Assembly (NCBI GenBank): GCA_951406725.2
Contig: OX597822.1
Coordinates: 91,388,001 to 91,452,000 of the forward strand
Length of the DNA: 64,000 bases
Source of the DNA: Octopus vulgaris
Lineage: Eukaryota
Direction of reading: 5' to 3'
In this document: piece after piece, positions 13,740-27,049 of the stretch
How the letters are laid out: the number at the start of each line of letters is the position of its first letter
Position numbering within the stretch: the stretch's first letter is position 1
Translations under genes and position numbers: made by a program
The notes under the pieces: model-generated
What the model was told of the DNA's origin: nothing
The model's database searches: none
Seen by the model: the letters and a program-made list of their open reading frames with translations, nothing else

Positions 13740-14938
13740 TGGCACTGGTCTACAGGGGATTAACCAGCAATAATACAGTTGCTTGATGCCAGTGTCACCA
13801 TCACTGACACATTTAAAGTGATAACATGACTTTTCAAGTAAATACAAAAGGCTATGTCAGAAACATATTGATGTAAAATGGTGGGTTGATATAGGACTGA
13901 TGAAATCTAATTTGAACAAAATTTTTCTTTACAGATTTCCTATTTCTAAGGGACATCTATACAACAGAGTGAAAAATGGGGTTTATTTCAGATTCCTCTT
14001 CTCAGGAAGGAACTGTAGAATGCAATACTCCAGCAATGCCATGGCTGTAGTGGTTAAAACAAACTAAAGAACTCAGTAGCAAATTGACAGAGTTGTTAGT
14101 GTTTGACAGAATATGTTTTGACTATGCACTCTTGAGTTCAGCTTGGTATTTCACTCTTTCAAAGTCAATAAAAAGTACCAGTTCAAGATGGTGGATTAGT
14201 AGAAGTGTAAGAACATTGGACTGGATGCCTTGCAGTATTTACTTTGGTTCTTCTTGTTCTGAACTCAAATCTAACCATAGCTTGCTTAGGCGATAGGCTT
14301 AACCCATCACTTGAATTAACACCACCACCTGGCATTTTGGGTATCTTTAGGTCAGGTTTCTGGTCTGACAATGACTTCCACCCCACCTGTCACCAGACTT
14401 GGTAACCTTATAACTGGTCACGCACACTGCCTTCCCCCCTGACTAAAAGATAGAAAAAAACTAATCTTTTGCTAGTGTTTTTGGGAAGAGTAGGTAAGAA
14501 GATCAATACTGTACCTCTAAGTAGTACCTAAGTACAGGAAACAATTCAGAAGTCTCTACATTGTCAATAGACCAGCAAAAAATAGCAACCAAATCTCCCC
14601 ATCATCTTAAACAAGAGAGGGACATATTAGATAATGTAGTTCTAGACTCTCCAAAAAAAATTTTTTAAAAGAGGAAGGTCTTTTTTGGGGAGAGTCTAGA
14701 ACTACAAATGCTTTGAAGATGTTTACTCAATCAGCTAATCCTTGATGAAACAGCAACGTATTTATAGTAAGACAGACTGGGCCAAATGAATGTTTAGCAA
14801 GTGACACAGTAGTGTTTGTGATGGAATAGGCACTGTTTATACTTGCCTTGTAGGACAACAAAAAATCTCTTATTTGTGGCTCTCTAACATTCCCAACTGT
14901 ACCACAAGGCCAAAAATTTATAAAGATGAGTTTTATTG

Positions 14939-15094
14939 AGGTGCAGGAGTGGCTGTGTGGTAAGTAGCTTGCTTACCAACCACATAGTTCCGAGTTCAGT
15001 CCCACTGCGTGGCACCTTGGGCAAGTGTCTTTGACTATAGCCTCGGGCCGACCAAAGCCTTGTGAGTGAATTTGGTAGACGGAAACTGAAAGCC

Positions 15095-15148
<54 letters not shown>

Positions 15149-15364
15149 ATGTGTGTGTGTTAGTGTGTCTGTGTTTGTCCCCCTCAACATTGCTTGACAA
15201 CCGATGCTGGTGTGTTTACGTCCCTGTAACTTAGCAGTTCGGCAAAAAGAGACTCATAGAGTAAGTACTACTCTTACAAAGAATAAGTCCTGGGGTCCAC
15301 TTCCTTGACTAAAGGCGGTGCTCCAGCATGGTCGCAGTCAAATGACTGAAACAAGTAAAAGAGT
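14939..15364 (+). mobile_element. tRNA-derived SINE, family B (central TA/TG microsatellite)
   Basis: Head GGAGTGGCTGTGTGGTAAG..GTTCAGTCCC; 3' end aaatgactgaaacaagtaaaagag; closely similar copies at 45447 and 59245. Confidence 0.9.
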
Positions 15365-17129
15365 TGACACATCTTCAGTGGCATGGGCAACATCAAATCA
15401 AACTGGCTTCAATAAAAATTGAACATTTTTGGATTCAGCTCACTAAAAGCTTATTTTTTGCCCTAACACATTTTCCACAAATATTGATAGTATTACTGAG
15501 CAGAGTACAACATATAGTTCACATGTCTCTTTCAACAAACTTTCTACTGTTGTTTTATATCATATATATCTTGAGATACCATATTCCACATAACAGTAAA
15601 ATGATCACAGCAAGAAATATCAGTTTAATGCTTCATTTAATTAGCTGCTTGCAATCAAATAGCCCTGCTTAATGGCTGGGTATAAGATTTGGTCCAGTAG
15701 CGTAGCAACTCTGCCAGTGCATATTTCATGTTTTCTTAAACTTCTAAAACCAACCATGCTCTATTTATACTGACAACAATGCTGTCACAAACTTCCTCAA
15801 CTATCTCAACATCTAAAAGCAGATTAAAAAAAAAAATTATAAAAATAGCCTGGTTACCAAGATAAAATACTTTCGCTCTGAATTATTCATTCTACTCTGT
15901 AATTTATTGCTTAGGCAGTTTGTTGTATGTTTGGTACAGTTTTGGCATGGAGATTTACTTTTACATGGAGGACAACAACCGTAGTAAAATTCACTACTAC
16001 CACTAATGTCGGATCAACAATAAATGCAGTACCAATCTTCATTGTCTCTCAAACTACAGTAATAACAGAAATCACCAATTTCGTGACTACCTCAACATTG
16101 ATAAGTGGCTGCAATAGTCACTAATAGCAATGACCACATCGATAAAGTAGCAGTACAAGTGTAGGATTATCTAAAACATTAGTACACCAGAATTAAACAA
16201 CATGCCAATTGCCTACTTTAGACAAGTAATTAAACATGATAAACTGCTACCTTTAGAGAAATTGACCAATTTATTAGTGAGATACAAACTATCTTTATCA
16301 AATAATTTCACTTACTGGTGTAAACATGAAGGAATTAGTTTCTCTTGTTTTAGTTCATTTAGGTAAGGTTCACTGAATACACCACAGTTGACAGATTATT
16401 ATGTTTTGACTATTTCTTTTGTTGAGACTCAACTAAATACTTTAAGAATTAAAAGTAGTTGATATAGGGTTCGTTCATTTTCTCTTAGTTCTATGCATCC
16501 CTCTAAACTTTACTGAGTTGTAGAGCAACTACTACACTTTGCTACCAAAAAATAACATATGTGAGCTTCTGTTCTCACAATTAATGAATTATTTGTCTGA
16601 GTTCTTAAGGCAATTTAAAAATTCTTTAATAATATTGTTCTAGTAACTTCTCTTTTTACTAGTTTCAGTCACCAAAACAGCAGCTATGTGTCTTATCACA
16701 TTAATATTTTCATGTCACAGGTACCAAAATATATTCTGGTATTTAATAATTTGGATAACATAGGGAGGTTTGCAACATGACTGCTGCAATATCTAATAAC
16801 ACTTCTCTATATAATTTTGTGGTGCTGATGGTTTGTACTGTACTGATATTTTTGCTAAAGTAGATTTTCTGAAGCAAAGCCATGATAATTTGTGCTTCTA
16901 TTTTGTTCAGACAGAATTTTATACACTTAGATAAATTGAGGCAGTGTCTAGTGATAGGTATCAGTCTTTCATCTAAAACAGTAGTTTTCTAGTGGACAAA
17001 TACTGGCCCCATTTCTATCCCATTCCAAGTGAATCTTTTTGAAGCCTCTTTCTTTATTAATAAGATAAAACAGAGTTTGTAGCCTTATAATTCTTTCTTC
17101 ACCATGGTGCTAGATAAGTTTACAATGCT

Positions 17130-17770
17130 GGGAACCATAACAAATTTATACGGTCATTAAGAATGAAATGTCCAATTTTGAACTAATCAAAGTATGCACC
17201 TAAATTATCAACACAATTTTGCCATTTTATTGGTAGTTTATTTATGCCAGCAGCAAAGAATTATGAAAGGCTGTTTTTGCATCTTCTTCAGATTTGAAGT
17301 TTTTTCCTTGCAAAAAGTTGTCTAATGCCAGGAAAATGTAATAGTCAGTTGGCACAAGCTTTGGTGAATATGGTGGATGACAGAGTACGTCCAAGTTCAG
17401 TTCCTATAACCTGAGTAGCATTCTTTGTGCAGCATGTGGTTGAGCATTGTCTAGCAAGAGAATTGGCCTCTCTCTATTGACCAATCTCTGTTGTTCAGTT
17501 GCAAGTTCACTCATCATTTCATCCAATTGGTTGATGTATACGTCTGCTGCAATTGACCTACCAGGTCTCACGAAGCTGTTGTGAATGACACCAGCACTGG
17601 ACCACCAGACACCATTATCTTTTTCTGGTGAATATTCTCTTTTGGATTGTGTTTTGGCATTTCATCTCTAACCAACCACCATGCAGAATACTTGTTATTG
17701 TTGAAAAGAGTTCATATTTCATCACGAGTAACAATACAATGCAAAAATATTTCGCTTTTATGCTTTGATA
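17130..17770 (-). mobile_element. mariner transposase relic (C-terminal half)
   Basis: FLHCIVTRDE, RPILLLDNAQPH, HPPYSPKLVPTDYYIFLALDNFLQGKNF, CVDNLGAYFD. Confidence 0.82.
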
Positions 17771-17981
17771 TATTTAATCTTGTATTGTAATTTTTTGATA
17801 TGTTAGAATCTATTATAATATGTATGGTCTAGTGAAGATTACTATAAATATAATAATATTGTTATTATTGATAAACATAATAATAATATTGATAATAATA
17901 ACAGTATTTTTATTAATAATTGATTGTTATTTATCTGGTCATAAGCATAGACATATCATAATATTGTTATTATTGATAAAC

Positions 17982-18017
<36 letters not shown>

Positions 18018-18674
18018 CTATTATTAATAATTGATTATTATTTATCTGTTCATAAGCATAAACGTGTTTATATGTTCCAATGTATGTATATATATATATA
18101 TGTATATGATGTATTTATATCTACTTGAACCTATTGTTGAATTGTGTTTATTTATGTATTTTATACATGTAAATAGTATATACACTTTGCTTATGTATGT
18201 ATATGTGTGTATATATGTATATGTCTATTCATTCATATTTTTTATATATATTAAATAATACATGTATCATGTTTAATGTATTAATATTGATATTTTTAAA
18301 GTTCCTTATAACCTCTCACAAGGCCTATGGTTATATATATAAGTACCCTATTTTTAAATGCCTACAACCTAAGTATGTTGACACCTATAGGCAATAAATA
18401 TACTATTAACTCCTTTTAGCCATAGGCTGAAACAGCTGTAAGAAGTGATTTTAATGATTTCAACCATTTATTTTATATTATGACTTTTATAATTTGTATT
18501 CTTATCTTATATGTATTGAATTATAAGATATATATGTATGCTATTGAGGTTCTCATTTTGTTAAATGAATAAATAATCCAGCATTATAATATCTGAAAGT
18601 TGATGAACAAACTAAATTTGTTTCTCCTTTTATTTGTATTATATATGTATATATATATATGTATGTATATGTGT

Positions 18675-18860
18675 GTGTGTGTGTGTTTATGTGTCTGTGT
18701 TTGTCCCCCCAACATCACTTGACAACTAATGCTGGCATGTTTACATCCCCGTAATTTAACGGTTCGGCAAAAGAGACCAATAGAATAAGTACTAGGCTTA
18801 CAAAGAATAAGTCCTAGAGTCGATTTGCTCAACTAAAGGCAGTGCTCCAAGTAAAAGAGT
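18675..18860 (+). mobile_element. SINE family B, 3' half
   Basis: Matches 15170-15364. Confidence 0.8.
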
Positions 18861-18979
18861 TTTATATATATATATATATTATATACATAATATAGAAATA
18901 TTATGTATATAATATATATACTCTTTTACTCGTTTCAGCCATGTGGCTGTGGTCATGTTGGAGCACCACCATGGTCTTT

Positions 18980-20030
18980 CTGACTTCCTCAGTCTGGGTG
19001 TTTCACATCACCACTCCTCTATGTGCCTTTTACCGAGCTGTTGGTACATTTGATGTATAACTGAGTTTGATTCCGCAGCCCTGTCGGGCTGTTGGTTCAT
19101 CCGGCATTGTGGAGAGGAGGATGTCTAATTCCTTTTTGAAGACATCTACTTCCACCTTATGGAAATTTCTTAATGTTTGTGGCTGGGCATTGAAAAGCTG
19201 TGGGCATTTGAACCCTAGACTATTGCAATAACTAGTCCTGAATTTAGATGGAGTGGATGGTACCTTTGGTACAATGCAATGGCGGCCAGTTCTGGCATTT
19301 GTATAACACTCAATGCCAAAATTAGGTGCCAGACCTTCTAGGATTTTCCATATGCATATTATTGTGTATCTGTCATGTCTTTGCTCCAAGGAGTAGAATT
19401 GTAGTTTTCTCAGCCTATCCCTATAACTCATCCAGTGCACTGTTTCAAGGTGGCCAAGAACAAAGGTTCTCCACAGGGTCAACATACATTCTTGGTCTCT
19501 TGTCTTGAAGGACCTCAGTATCCATCCTACCAGTTGTCTGCATTTTGCTGCCATCTTGCTTATGTGCATATGAAATGATGCATCATTGCACGTACTGATT
19601 TCCAAGTCTTTCACTGTCTGTGACTCTGGGATTGTAATGCCTTCAGGTCCTGTAAATGTACATTGTACTGAGTTTATATTGCAGTACTTGAAATTTTCCA
19701 GCATTAAACTGCATGTCGTTTATTTTGGTCCACTTGTATACTGAGTTCAGGTCCTGCTATAAGCTTGTAATATCCTCTTGGTTTTTTATTGCCTGTGATA
19801 ATTTTGTGTCATCAGTACAGCGAGTGATAGTTGCTGTCTAAGTGACTGTGGGTATGTCTAAGAGAGCTATTATGAACAGTAATGGCCCCAGAACAGTTCC
19901 CTGGGGGACACCACTTACGATTTCTATATCCTCAGTAATGGCACCATTGGCTGCAATTCCTGACTTTTGTTTTTAAGGAAGTCATCCAGCCATTCTCCCA
20001 GCTTCCTAGCAATGCCAAGGTCCCGAAGGT
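18980..20030 (-). mobile_element. CR1/L2-group LINE 3' fragment (RT)
   Basis: SGVPQGTVLGPLLF, DDTK, MQFNA; ORF 19030-19704 VKDLEI..GWILRSFKTRD..MSYRDRLRKLQFYSLEQR; frameshifted. Confidence 0.85.
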
Positions 20031-20039
20031 ATAATATAT

Positions 20040-20290
20040 ATCATCATCGTTTAACGTCCGTTCTCCATGCTAGCATGGGTTGGACGGTTCGACTGGGGAT
20101 CTGGGAAGCCAGAAGGCTGCACCAGGCTCCAGTCTGATCTGGCAGTGTTTCTACAGCTGGATGCCCTTCCTAACGCCAACCACTCCGTGAGTGTAGTGGG
20201 TGCTTTTTACGTGCCACCGGCACAGGTGCCAGGCGAGGCTGGCAACGGCCATGATCGAATTGGTGCCTTTTACGTGCCACTGGCACGGAA
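20040..20290 (-). mobile_element. RTE LINE 3'UTR fragment with (gat)n tail
   Basis: Same sequence as the 3' end of the RTE copy at 38296-40700. Confidence 0.8.
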
Positions 20291-20719
20291 CGTGGAGGTA
20301 CTCAGAAATCCGGATGGTTTTATATTTACAGATATTTATTAGTATGTTACATGTTTTTATACATTATATATCATATATTAGCGCTTTCGTCCATTCTAGT
20401 GGAGTCTTCAAATTGATCTAAGTTTTTGCAGGAATTTTGACTCTTTTTATTGTATTATTGAGTGTGTAGTGGAGGGGTGAGATATAAGATAGTACAAGAG
20501 GACGATGAATGGGGAGAAAGTGAGAGAGAGCATGTGTGTGTGTGTGTGCATGTATGTGTGTTTTTGTATCTGAAAGAGTGTTAAAGAAAAAGAAGGAAAG
20601 GAAGAAAAGGGAGAGAAAGAAGAAAAATTTTTTGTTGATCTCTTTGCTGGTTTGGTTCTCAATAATAATTGATAATTGATTCTTTGCTTTTAGTAATGGT
20701 AAAATCAGCTGTTTACTCC

Positions 20720-21318
20720 ATGAGGACCAAAGAACTGAAGTATTTCAGATTGCAAGACAGTGTGTGTGTGAAAATTGTGATGTCATGGGAGAGAAATGTG
20801 TCCGCATGGATGATGGTGCACTTGCATTTAATGATTCTGCAAAGAAAGAAGCTTAGAAATGCCATTATTAAAGACTGCTGAATATGGAGAATGAATGGGA
20901 GAAGGAGAGTCTGCTAAATGTTGACAGAGATCAGCTACCAAAATTGACAGTACTTTGGTAGATAAAGTAATTAAGGATATGAAGACAGGGAAAGACCACG
21001 GCCTATCAGGAATCATCACTGAGATGCTTAAAATATCTTTTATGGTGTAGTCACCCATACTGTAAATCCTTTACAAAGGAGTCATACCCAATGACTGATG
21101 TAGCAGTACCATAGTCAACTGCTACAAAGGTAAAGATGATGCTTTAGATAGAAATGATTACAGAGGTATCAAACTGTTGAATCAGGTGATGAAACTAGCA
21201 GTGAGAGTCATAGCTCAACTAATTAGGGAGAGAGGTAGTCTAGATGAGATGGAGTTTGGTTTTGTGCCAGGGAAAAGCACCACTAATGCTATATTTCTGG
21301 AAAGGCAAATGCAGAAGA
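20720..21318 (+). mobile_element. RTE-clade LINE fragment
   Basis: YRGIKLLNQVMKLAVRVIAQLIRERGSLDEMEFGFVPGKSTTNAIFLERQMQ; followed by a SINE-B fragment on the minus strand (~21319-21415). Confidence 0.82.
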
Positions 21319-22456
21319 ATCCACTCACAAGGCATTGGTCGGCCTGGGGCTATAGCAGAAGATATTTGCCCAAGATGCCACGCAGTAAGACTGAACCCGG
21401 AACCATGTTGTTGGTACAACAAAGTTAGGGCTGACTTTGCTTTTCATATTTATGGAAAGCAAAATTGGTCAGACAGAATTTAAAGTTATTGCATTACCAA
21501 AGCAATTCTGGTAATGTGTCTACCTCAATATTTATTCTTTTATAAAGACATATATCTTTTTAACCAACTATGCTGTTGAAAGTGTTCTATTAATTTCAGA
21601 ATCCCTTTCATTATAGAGCTTAACACTTTAACACTGGCCTTATCAAGCCTAAATATTCTCCCTGTTTTATGTTCAAACTAGCCAGATCTGGCCTCTTAGA
21701 CCTATCCTGCAATGTCATTCCTAAAGTAAAGAATTCCATCATTGAAATCTCAAATCTACAAAACAATGCATGAGTAATTCACAATCATGTAACTATATAT
21801 TAGGTAATTTGATAGAGTAATTTGAATACTAAAAGGTTAAGCTACCTGCATTAAGAGTTTATACTTTAACATGGTGATTATATACAACTAAGTGAGTTAC
21901 TGAAACTAGCGTTGATGATGTGATATGAATCATAGGCCATGATGTCAGATTGACATTATTTTGGTTAACTTTATCTCTGTGCACTAAAATTAAACCAGAT
22001 AGAAGTTTTGCCTCTCCATTTAATCTGCTATCAATGAGACATTTACACAAAATAGAAACTTAAGACAGAAAAAAACTTAGTTTAAAAAGTTAGAATAAAA
22101 ACTAACCACTCATGCATTTAGTCTTCAGTCATAAACACTGTAAGAAAAATACTTGTATTTGAAATTTTTATAAACTTTCCAATAATAAATAAATAAATAA
22201 ATAAATAAACTAGTCAAAACTTTTTAAAAATCTTTTAAGAGATTACAATCAAAACTTTTTACAAGATTTTATCTTGATATTGATCAGCAAGTCATAATTT
22301 GTATAGAAAATTGTAATTATGAACTACTGTCAAGGATTTTATAACACTGAAATAACAAAGATGAACAATTTTCAGATATGATGCATAGGTCTTGAGAACG
22401 CTAATGTCAGGTTTTTAATACATTTTCACCATATTTCAATTGTTCCAAATTTACGA

Positions 22457-22462
22457 TTTATT
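22457..22462 (-). terminator. Candidate AATAAA polyadenylation signal for ANKZF1
   Basis: tttatt on the plus strand about 110 nt past the stop codon; AT-rich context makes this weak. Confidence 0.35.
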
Positions 22463-22571
22463 CAGTTCAGAAGTATTTTATCTATTTTTTTAAAACTAAG
22501 ATTTAAGTGGTTATCATTTATGGACTCAAAAACCAGAAGCAGAATTTTTTTTCTCTCCATTAAAGCTGCAA

Positions 22572-22689
22572 TCAGCTGGTCTTTGATTTCAAACGGTGAT
22601 CCTTAAGGCATTTTGGTGTACAGAATCTGAAATTGTAATATTCAAAAGGGACCAGTCCACTGATATTACATTGACATTGTGAGCACCGG
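22572..22689 (-). CDS. ANKZF1: ANKZF1 coding exon 15 (last): C-terminal treble-clef zinc finger, TGA stop
   Basis: ttcttttccag| (S)RCSQCQCNISGLVPFEYYNFRFCTPKCLKDHRLKSKTS*; phase 2 matches the previous exon. Confidence 0.92.
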
Positions 22690-23234
22690 CTGGAAAAGAA
22701 AAGAAAAAAAAATGTCAGGTTTGTTCAGAACTTCATTCAAATGGATGGTTATGTGAATTATCTTTTAATGTGATTATGCCATTGTTTGATGAACAGAGTA
22801 TTACTCGAAAGCTCTGTTAAGATCTGGCTTAAATAACAATAAATTGTTATGTATAGAGACACTTATTGCAGCTTAACTGGTTTGGGCTGGCAAAGAGCAA
22901 ATATAAGATAAAATAATGTTCAACAGAACTGTGAATGACTAAACTTGATACTGATAATTCACTTGGGCTTACAAAGTCTAAGTCCCATTTTTGGTAATTA
23001 ATTTTTGAGTCACTCAAGGCTAGTTTACAATGTGTGGGCAAATTATAATAGATAGTATACATCTAAATAGATGCATTATTCTTATCCAATTTAACATCTG
23101 GAAAAGGATTTGAATGAAGATAGCTAAGAAATTTCTTGGATAACAACATAATACCTCAACTACACAGACATACACAAATATATCTTTTCATTACTTGAAA
23201 TCCTTTCAGTCATAGTCAGATGGTGTTTGCATAT

Positions 23235-23522
23235 ACTCTTACTCTTTTACTTGTTTCAGTCATTTGACTGCAGCCATGCTGGAGCACCGCCTCTTTTAGT
23301 CGAGCAAATCGACCCCAGGACTTATTCTTTGTAAGCCTAGTACTTATTCTATCGGTCCCTTTTGCCAAACCGCTAAGTAAAGAGACCAAATCCACTCACA
23401 AGGCTTTGGTCGGCCCAAGGCTATAGTAGCAGACACTTGCCCAAGGTGCCACGCAGTGGGACTGAACCCAGAACCGTGTGGTTGGTAAACAAGCTACTTA
23501 CGACACAACCACTCCTACACCT
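23235..23522 (-). mobile_element. SINE family B, internally deleted
   Basis: Reverse complement of the family B head and tail, centre missing. Confidence 0.82.
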
Positions 23523-23829
23523 ATATGTGGGAATTTGTGTATCTTTGCAAAAATTGTTTTAGATAGACACCTTGCCTACTGCTAACCATATTACCATGTG
23601 ATCTGTTTGTTATCTAGACAGACAGTGAATGTCTAAAGTCGTAAGGTTTAGATTTAATGAGTGTGTTCCAGCAATTTGACCTGTCAATTTTTGACATGAT
23701 CACTTTGATGGTACATTTTTGACACTTATAAAAAATAAGCTTTAATTTTCATATTCAAATGCTTTTTCCTTTCTTTTCAGATTATTTTATACCATAGGGG
23801 TTAAATTTATATTAATTTTACCCTTTTAA

Positions 23830-25150
23830 AATGAGTTTAAATCACACCCACATCAGTCACTGCATGCTAAATGAATTCAAAAGGGGTTCTTTAGCAATGG
23901 AAGCAGCGAGGAGTATTTGTGTTGCTTATGGAAATGAAGCTTCAAGTGTCTGGACATTTTCTCTGGCATATTCTCCTCAATCTGTATGACTAAGTTCTGC
24001 CAATACTGAGCTTCTGAAAACTGTAGTTGAGGAAAAACTAAAGAAAGCTGAATGAGGATTAGCAAAACAGTTCAAGTCACACTTCAATCAAAGACACCTT
24101 CATGAAGTAGGAAAAGTGTCGGATCTTTTCCTTTTGAATGGCAGATGTCAACACAATTTCTAGTTAACTAAACACTTTTAAACTTCGCATACTGGTAGAA
24201 TGTGTTTATAAAACATCTTTTTCTCTCGGTTTTATTGAGAAAATTCTATAGTTTGTAAGATATTTCGTCTGAAAATCCGAGCATTTCGGCAATTTTAATC
24301 AATCGATTACCTCCATTGAACTAAAATCATTTGCTGCGTCTAAAACTGAGACAACATCCTGTAACTAACCCTAGACCTCCCCCCTAACCCTAACCCTAAT
24401 TTTTTTTTTCTTAATTGTTAAGTTAATTTAATTCCATTGCTTTAGTTTTTTTTTACACGCGTAACAATTAAATTAATTTAACAATTAAGAAAAAAAATTT
24501 AGGGTTGGGAGGAGGTTTAGGGTTAGTTACAGGATGTTGTCTCAGTTTTAAACGCAGCAAATGATTTTAGCTCAAAAGAGAGCATGGGATTGGTTAAAAT
24601 TCGAAAAATTAAACTACGTTAAACAAACAAATTACAATTTTCTCAAGAAAGCCAAGAGAAAAAAATGATTTATTTTGACACATTCTACCAGTATACGAAG
24701 TTTTAAAGTGTTTAGTTAACTAGAAATTGTCTGCTGTTCAAAAGGAAAAGATCCAAAGTGTCTAATGTTGGGTAATGAGTTCCTCATCATCTGGCTGCTC
24801 CTCAGCTTAATCAAAGAGTTGTCCTTTACTTTTCCAGGGAAAATCATCCCAAGTTATGAAAAGTGAGTTCTCTTTAATCATATCCAACAAAAATGCCAAT
24901 GGCAAGCACTCAAGGAAAAAGGAAAATCATTCCCCAAACCAGACCTACATCTGAAAAAGTTATGCCTCATGTTTGATGGGATATGAAGGGCGTCAATCAT
25001 CTTTCCAGATCCTTGCAACATTATTTAGAGAAAAAGCAGTTTATTAATTGTGTACAGGTTAAAAATGACAGTGACTATTTCTTCACTTTGGAATCTGAAG
25101 AATTTTACACCCAAAATTTCAACAATTTGCAAAATAATGAAGGGAAATAT
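23830..25150 (+). mobile_element. mariner transposase relic interrupted by a foldback MITE
   Basis: EFKRGSLAMEAARSICVAYGNEA and HLHEVGKVS, resuming after the insert with VPHHL; later decayed PKPDLH motif. Confidence 0.72.
24121..24754. mobile_element. Foldback MITE, GGATC termini, 8-bp TSD (Merlin-like)
   Basis: ggatcttttccttttgaa ... ttcaaaaggaaaagatcc; TSD aaagtgtc at 24113-24120 and 24755-24762; imperfect arms of about 300 bp. Confidence 0.88.
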
Positions 25151-25229
25151 TATCTGGAATAAAAATGTCTTTCTCCTCCTGAAATGCAACAAGACTTTCT
25201 CTTCAATCTAATACTAGATGGATGTAATA

Positions 25230-25965
25230 ATACATCATCATCACCATCATCATCATCATTTAACATCCATTTTCCATGCTGCAAGGGGTTGGATGGTTTG
25301 ACATGGAAGCTGGCCAGTGAGGACTCCAATTGTCTGTTGTGGCATGGTTTCTGGATGCTCTTCCCAATGCTAACCACTTTACAAAGTGCGCTGGGCGCAT
25401 TTACACAGCACCAGCATGAGTGCATCTTCTATGGCATTCACACCTGTAAAGGACAAGCCTATATGTTTAGGTGACAGTGATTTTACTTATCTTGGCATGT
25501 TTTTTTCAAGTACAGCAAATTTCCACAACTCCCAGTCCCTTGTCATTTCCTCAGTGAGGCCCAGCATCCGAAAATCCTTTCTTACCACTTTGTCCCAAAT
25601 CTTCCTGGGTCTACCACATCCACAAGTTCCCTCTACAATTACTGCTCAGAACTTCTTTATGCAGCTGTCCTCATCCATATGTATCAGAGAACCAAACCAG
25701 TGCAGTCTTTTCTCCTGCATACATCTAATGCCTCTTACACCCAGTTTTCCTTTTAAATCATTTACACTCTGTCATGTGTGCACACTGACATCACCCATCC
25801 AGTGAAGCATGCTAGCATAATTTCTTTCAAGCCTTCGTAAGTCCTCTGTAGTCAAAGCTCATGTTTCACTGCTATGGAGCATAGCTGTACACATACAGGT
25901 ATCATACAATCTGCCTTTCACTCTGAGGGAAAGGCCCTTAGTTGCCAACAAAGATAGAAGCTCTC
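25230..25965 (-). mobile_element. RTE LINE 3' fragment
   Basis: (cat)n tail, shared 3'UTR and RT C-terminus; parallels 38296-39200. Confidence 0.8.
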
Positions 25966-25991
25966 AACATGCTAAATATAATATATTATAC

Positions 25992-26059
25992 CTAAAAACA
26001 GGTTTCTCTTCATCAGACTCTTTTGCATCTAAGATTCGGCGTTCAGCTGCAAGAGCTCT
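25992..26059 (-). CDS. ANKZF1: ANKZF1 coding exon 14 (VCP-interacting motif)
   Basis: ttccag|RALAAERRILDAKESDEEKPVF|gtataa; with the preceding REK forms the R-x5-AA-x2-R VIM. Confidence 0.92.
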
Positions 26060-27049
26060 CTGGAAATATTTTAAATTTAAGATAAATTATTTGTTTTTTA
26101 AATCAAAGAAAACTCAACAAAAAATATATTTAACATTTTTAATTACTGGAATTCATAAATAGATTTCTTTTCTTCTAAAGGATTTTTAAACACTGTCACT
26201 ACCTTCTTAAACAAGCTAAGCTGAAAATTTGCTTCATTTGAATTTCCATTTAAAAGTGAAATTTAGGAAGATTACTATGATGTGAAAAATGAAATTGTTC
26301 AACATAAAGATTGATCTTAAGTATTTTTACTACATTACTACACACTAATTGAGGTGTTCATCTCAGTTACTACTTTTCTACATAAATATATTGCATTTGG
26401 CTTGGGTTGATTTCATAGCTTGTTTAATTTAATAGTGCTTCAAAAAGGATTATAATATAAATAAACTCTTAAAGACAATGTTACATGCCTTGTACGAATA
26501 ACTTTTTTCAGAATGTTCATAATTTACCTCTATTTTTATTTCTTGCCTTTATCAAGGCTTGTTGCCACTTCCATCAAAAAGGGAAGTAGTTTGTTTATAT
26601 CCTAATTCTATTATTTAGTGGCTGTTATGAAAGAATTATCAGTCAGTTCAGTACTCTTATGCCAAAGTGATTCCTCCAACTTTTGATTAATTGGTTCATA
26701 TTTTATTGATGAAAGACTAGTCGACTAATACAGGTTGTGGATCGCAACTCACAGATAGAAGTTGTTAGTAGTAAGAATTAATTCTCATATTTTTCTATCT
26801 GCATTAGCTCACCATGGATATGTACTCAGTTAACAAGAGTTCTTGAGAGATGTTTTCATTAATTAAACAGATTTGGTTTAATTATATTAATTGCAAGAGC
26901 TTAAATAAAATTAGCATTGCCTATACTTTAAAAGAGACCTCTTTCCAAGTATTCTTAAAATGAAACTCTTAGAGTGAATTAACATTAGCTAATTATCTTC
27001 TTGGGAATAATTAGTTAATTAGTGCAGGGTATAATATGTATTGTGTTAC

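Noticed and set aside
17820-18128. Hydrophobic poly-Leu/Ile ORF resembling a membrane protein
   Set aside because: Generated by (TAT/AAT)n repeats and a local duplication.
24380-24530. TTAGGG-like inverted repeats as a telomere fusion site
   Set aside because: Only a few units, internal to a TSD-bounded MITE; similar motifs occur in the 58-kb copy.
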